Shown one piece after another: positions 62,600 through 64,000 of a stretch of 64,000 bases of DNA; positions within the stretch are counted from its first letter, which is position 1; each line of letters begins with the position of its first letter. The notes under the pieces were generated by a model. That model saw only the letters and a list, made by a program, of their open reading frames with translations. It was not told where the DNA came from and made no database searches. The translations under genes were made by a program, and so were the position numbers. The DNA comes from Octopus bimaculoides (taxonomy: Eukaryota): the NCBI RefSeq assembly GCF_001194135.2, contig NC_068981.1, positions 36,771,217 to 36,835,216 on the forward strand, read 5' to 3'.

Positions 62600-63570
62600 A
62601 CTTTGTCCTTCAGTTTTAAAAGATGACCAATCCAATGAGATCAAAACTTATGTGCTGCATCTAAGGAAAGTTTTTTGAGACTTGTTGAGTTGCAAGAAAA
62701 TCAACAGTAGAGCTATCCTTGCAGAATTGATCAGTGCTGGTTATTGCTCAATAAGGATTTCTGGAGAGTGATATAGAAGACTATACTCCAAAGAAGTACA
62801 TTGAAGTCAAGGATATATTGGAAATGCTCAAACATTCAGTATTTAGGCATTCTTCCTTGCTCTTATATTCTGGATCAAAGTAGCACACAAAGCTTTATTT
62901 ACAGAAAAATAGTCTAGATAGGATAATGGCATCTCATTTAATCACCTTTTAAAAGAATTATATGAAGAATATGCAAAATAATATGAATATCACTTCAAAC
63001 AGATTGGAAATAAAGCAAGTGAGATGAACTGAGATGTGATATTAATACAGAAAACAAGTAGCAAGGGAATTTAAATGAAAAATTTCTATGAAGGAATTTT
63101 AGATGCTCTTAAAATACTCCTGATTGAATCCAACTTAATGTTCTTTGATTCTGTTATAATGCAGGTAAAAGATTTGAGCATCTTAAAAAGGTGACTTCCA
63201 AATTTATTCCTCTAAATCTCAAGCATTTTGACAATGTTAATAATGTAAAAAACAAACTATTTTTAACAGACATATACTCAGATGCTACCCATAGTCAACC
63301 TGATATCATGCAAGATTTTTGTTCACTCAAAGACATATACAAACGATAATGATTACTAGCAGTAAGACACATTAAAGTTCAAGAAACTGATGTTAATATA
63401 CTTAAATTTATGATGACTAATGATGATAAAAGTTCCATTTATTGCAATCAGTTCACATTGCATCACATTTTTCTGACCTTACCAATAACTACTTGCAGTT
63501 GTGAAATGATCCTTTAATTAGCTAAAATGCATAAATGTTTAGATGGGAGTATATTTTCCAGTTTAACCAC
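62600..63570 (+). mobile_element. Third hAT transposase remnant (C-terminal part)
   Basis: IFLTLPITTCSCE..LK matches the hAT dimerisation consensus (LTLPxTxxSxERSFSxLK). Confidence 0.55.
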
Positions 63571-63719
63571 CTTTCTCTCATGCTCTAATCATCCATACTG
63601 CTTCTATTCATGCCTCTTTTGCTCACATCAATATCATTCTCATTTCTTTAACGATCTCTCAAGTTTTCTCTCTCACTGTACCTGGTTGCTTATGCTTGCA
63701 TGAAAAGTGGGTGTATAAT

Positions 63720-63930
63720 GATGATCTCACACACACACACACATACACATGCATGCATGCACACACACACACACACAATCCATTAATATGTACATATATA
63801 TATATATTGATGTATGTGTGTGTGTATATACATACATATGTATGTACATACATATGTACATATATACATACAGACATTACACACACACACATTTTTTATG
63901 CATGTACACATGTAGATGTATATATGAGGT
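63720..63930. repeat. Compound CA/TA/TG microsatellite
   Basis: Directly visible. Confidence 0.9.
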
Positions 63931-64000
63931 TCTGTGTGGTTTTGGTTTGTGTATGCATGTTTATCTGCTTGTGTCTACATTTATTAATATGTTAGGATTT

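Overview
Eukaryotic, very AT-rich, gapped scaffold window (10 N-runs) with no bacterial operons, rRNA, true tRNA genes or CRISPR. It is almost entirely microsatellites plus transposable-element remnants. The repeat families look like those of an octopus genome (inference from pattern recognition, not a search). Elements found: two tRNA-headed SINE families and a third (CAA)n-tailed SINE-like repeat; RTE, CR1, L2/Jockey-like and R4/Dong LINE fragments; a possible L1/Tx1 ORF1; three Tc1/mariner remnants; three hAT transposase remnants; MITEs; a Helitron-like element; and several Penelope-like element (PLE) pieces. No host gene can be supported beyond one weak terminal-exon candidate (44236-44370). 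Most notable: (i) a ~650-bp near-perfect palindrome (4351-4999) made of a head-to-head PLE 3' end, each arm carrying a candidate minimal hammerhead ribozyme with the U3-A8 core variant; (ii) further hammerhead-like motifs at ~10.9 kb and ~20.8 kb; (iii) a stop-free GIY-YIG frame at 1-378 missed by the ORF track; (iv) a PLE endonuclease with a long Asn/Ser/Asp insert between its GIY and YIG motifs; (v) R4/Dong fragments sitting in (TAA)n tracts; (vi) a 62-bp minisatellite grown out of an RTE 3' UTR. All alignments were done by eye, so boundaries of degenerate elements are approximate.
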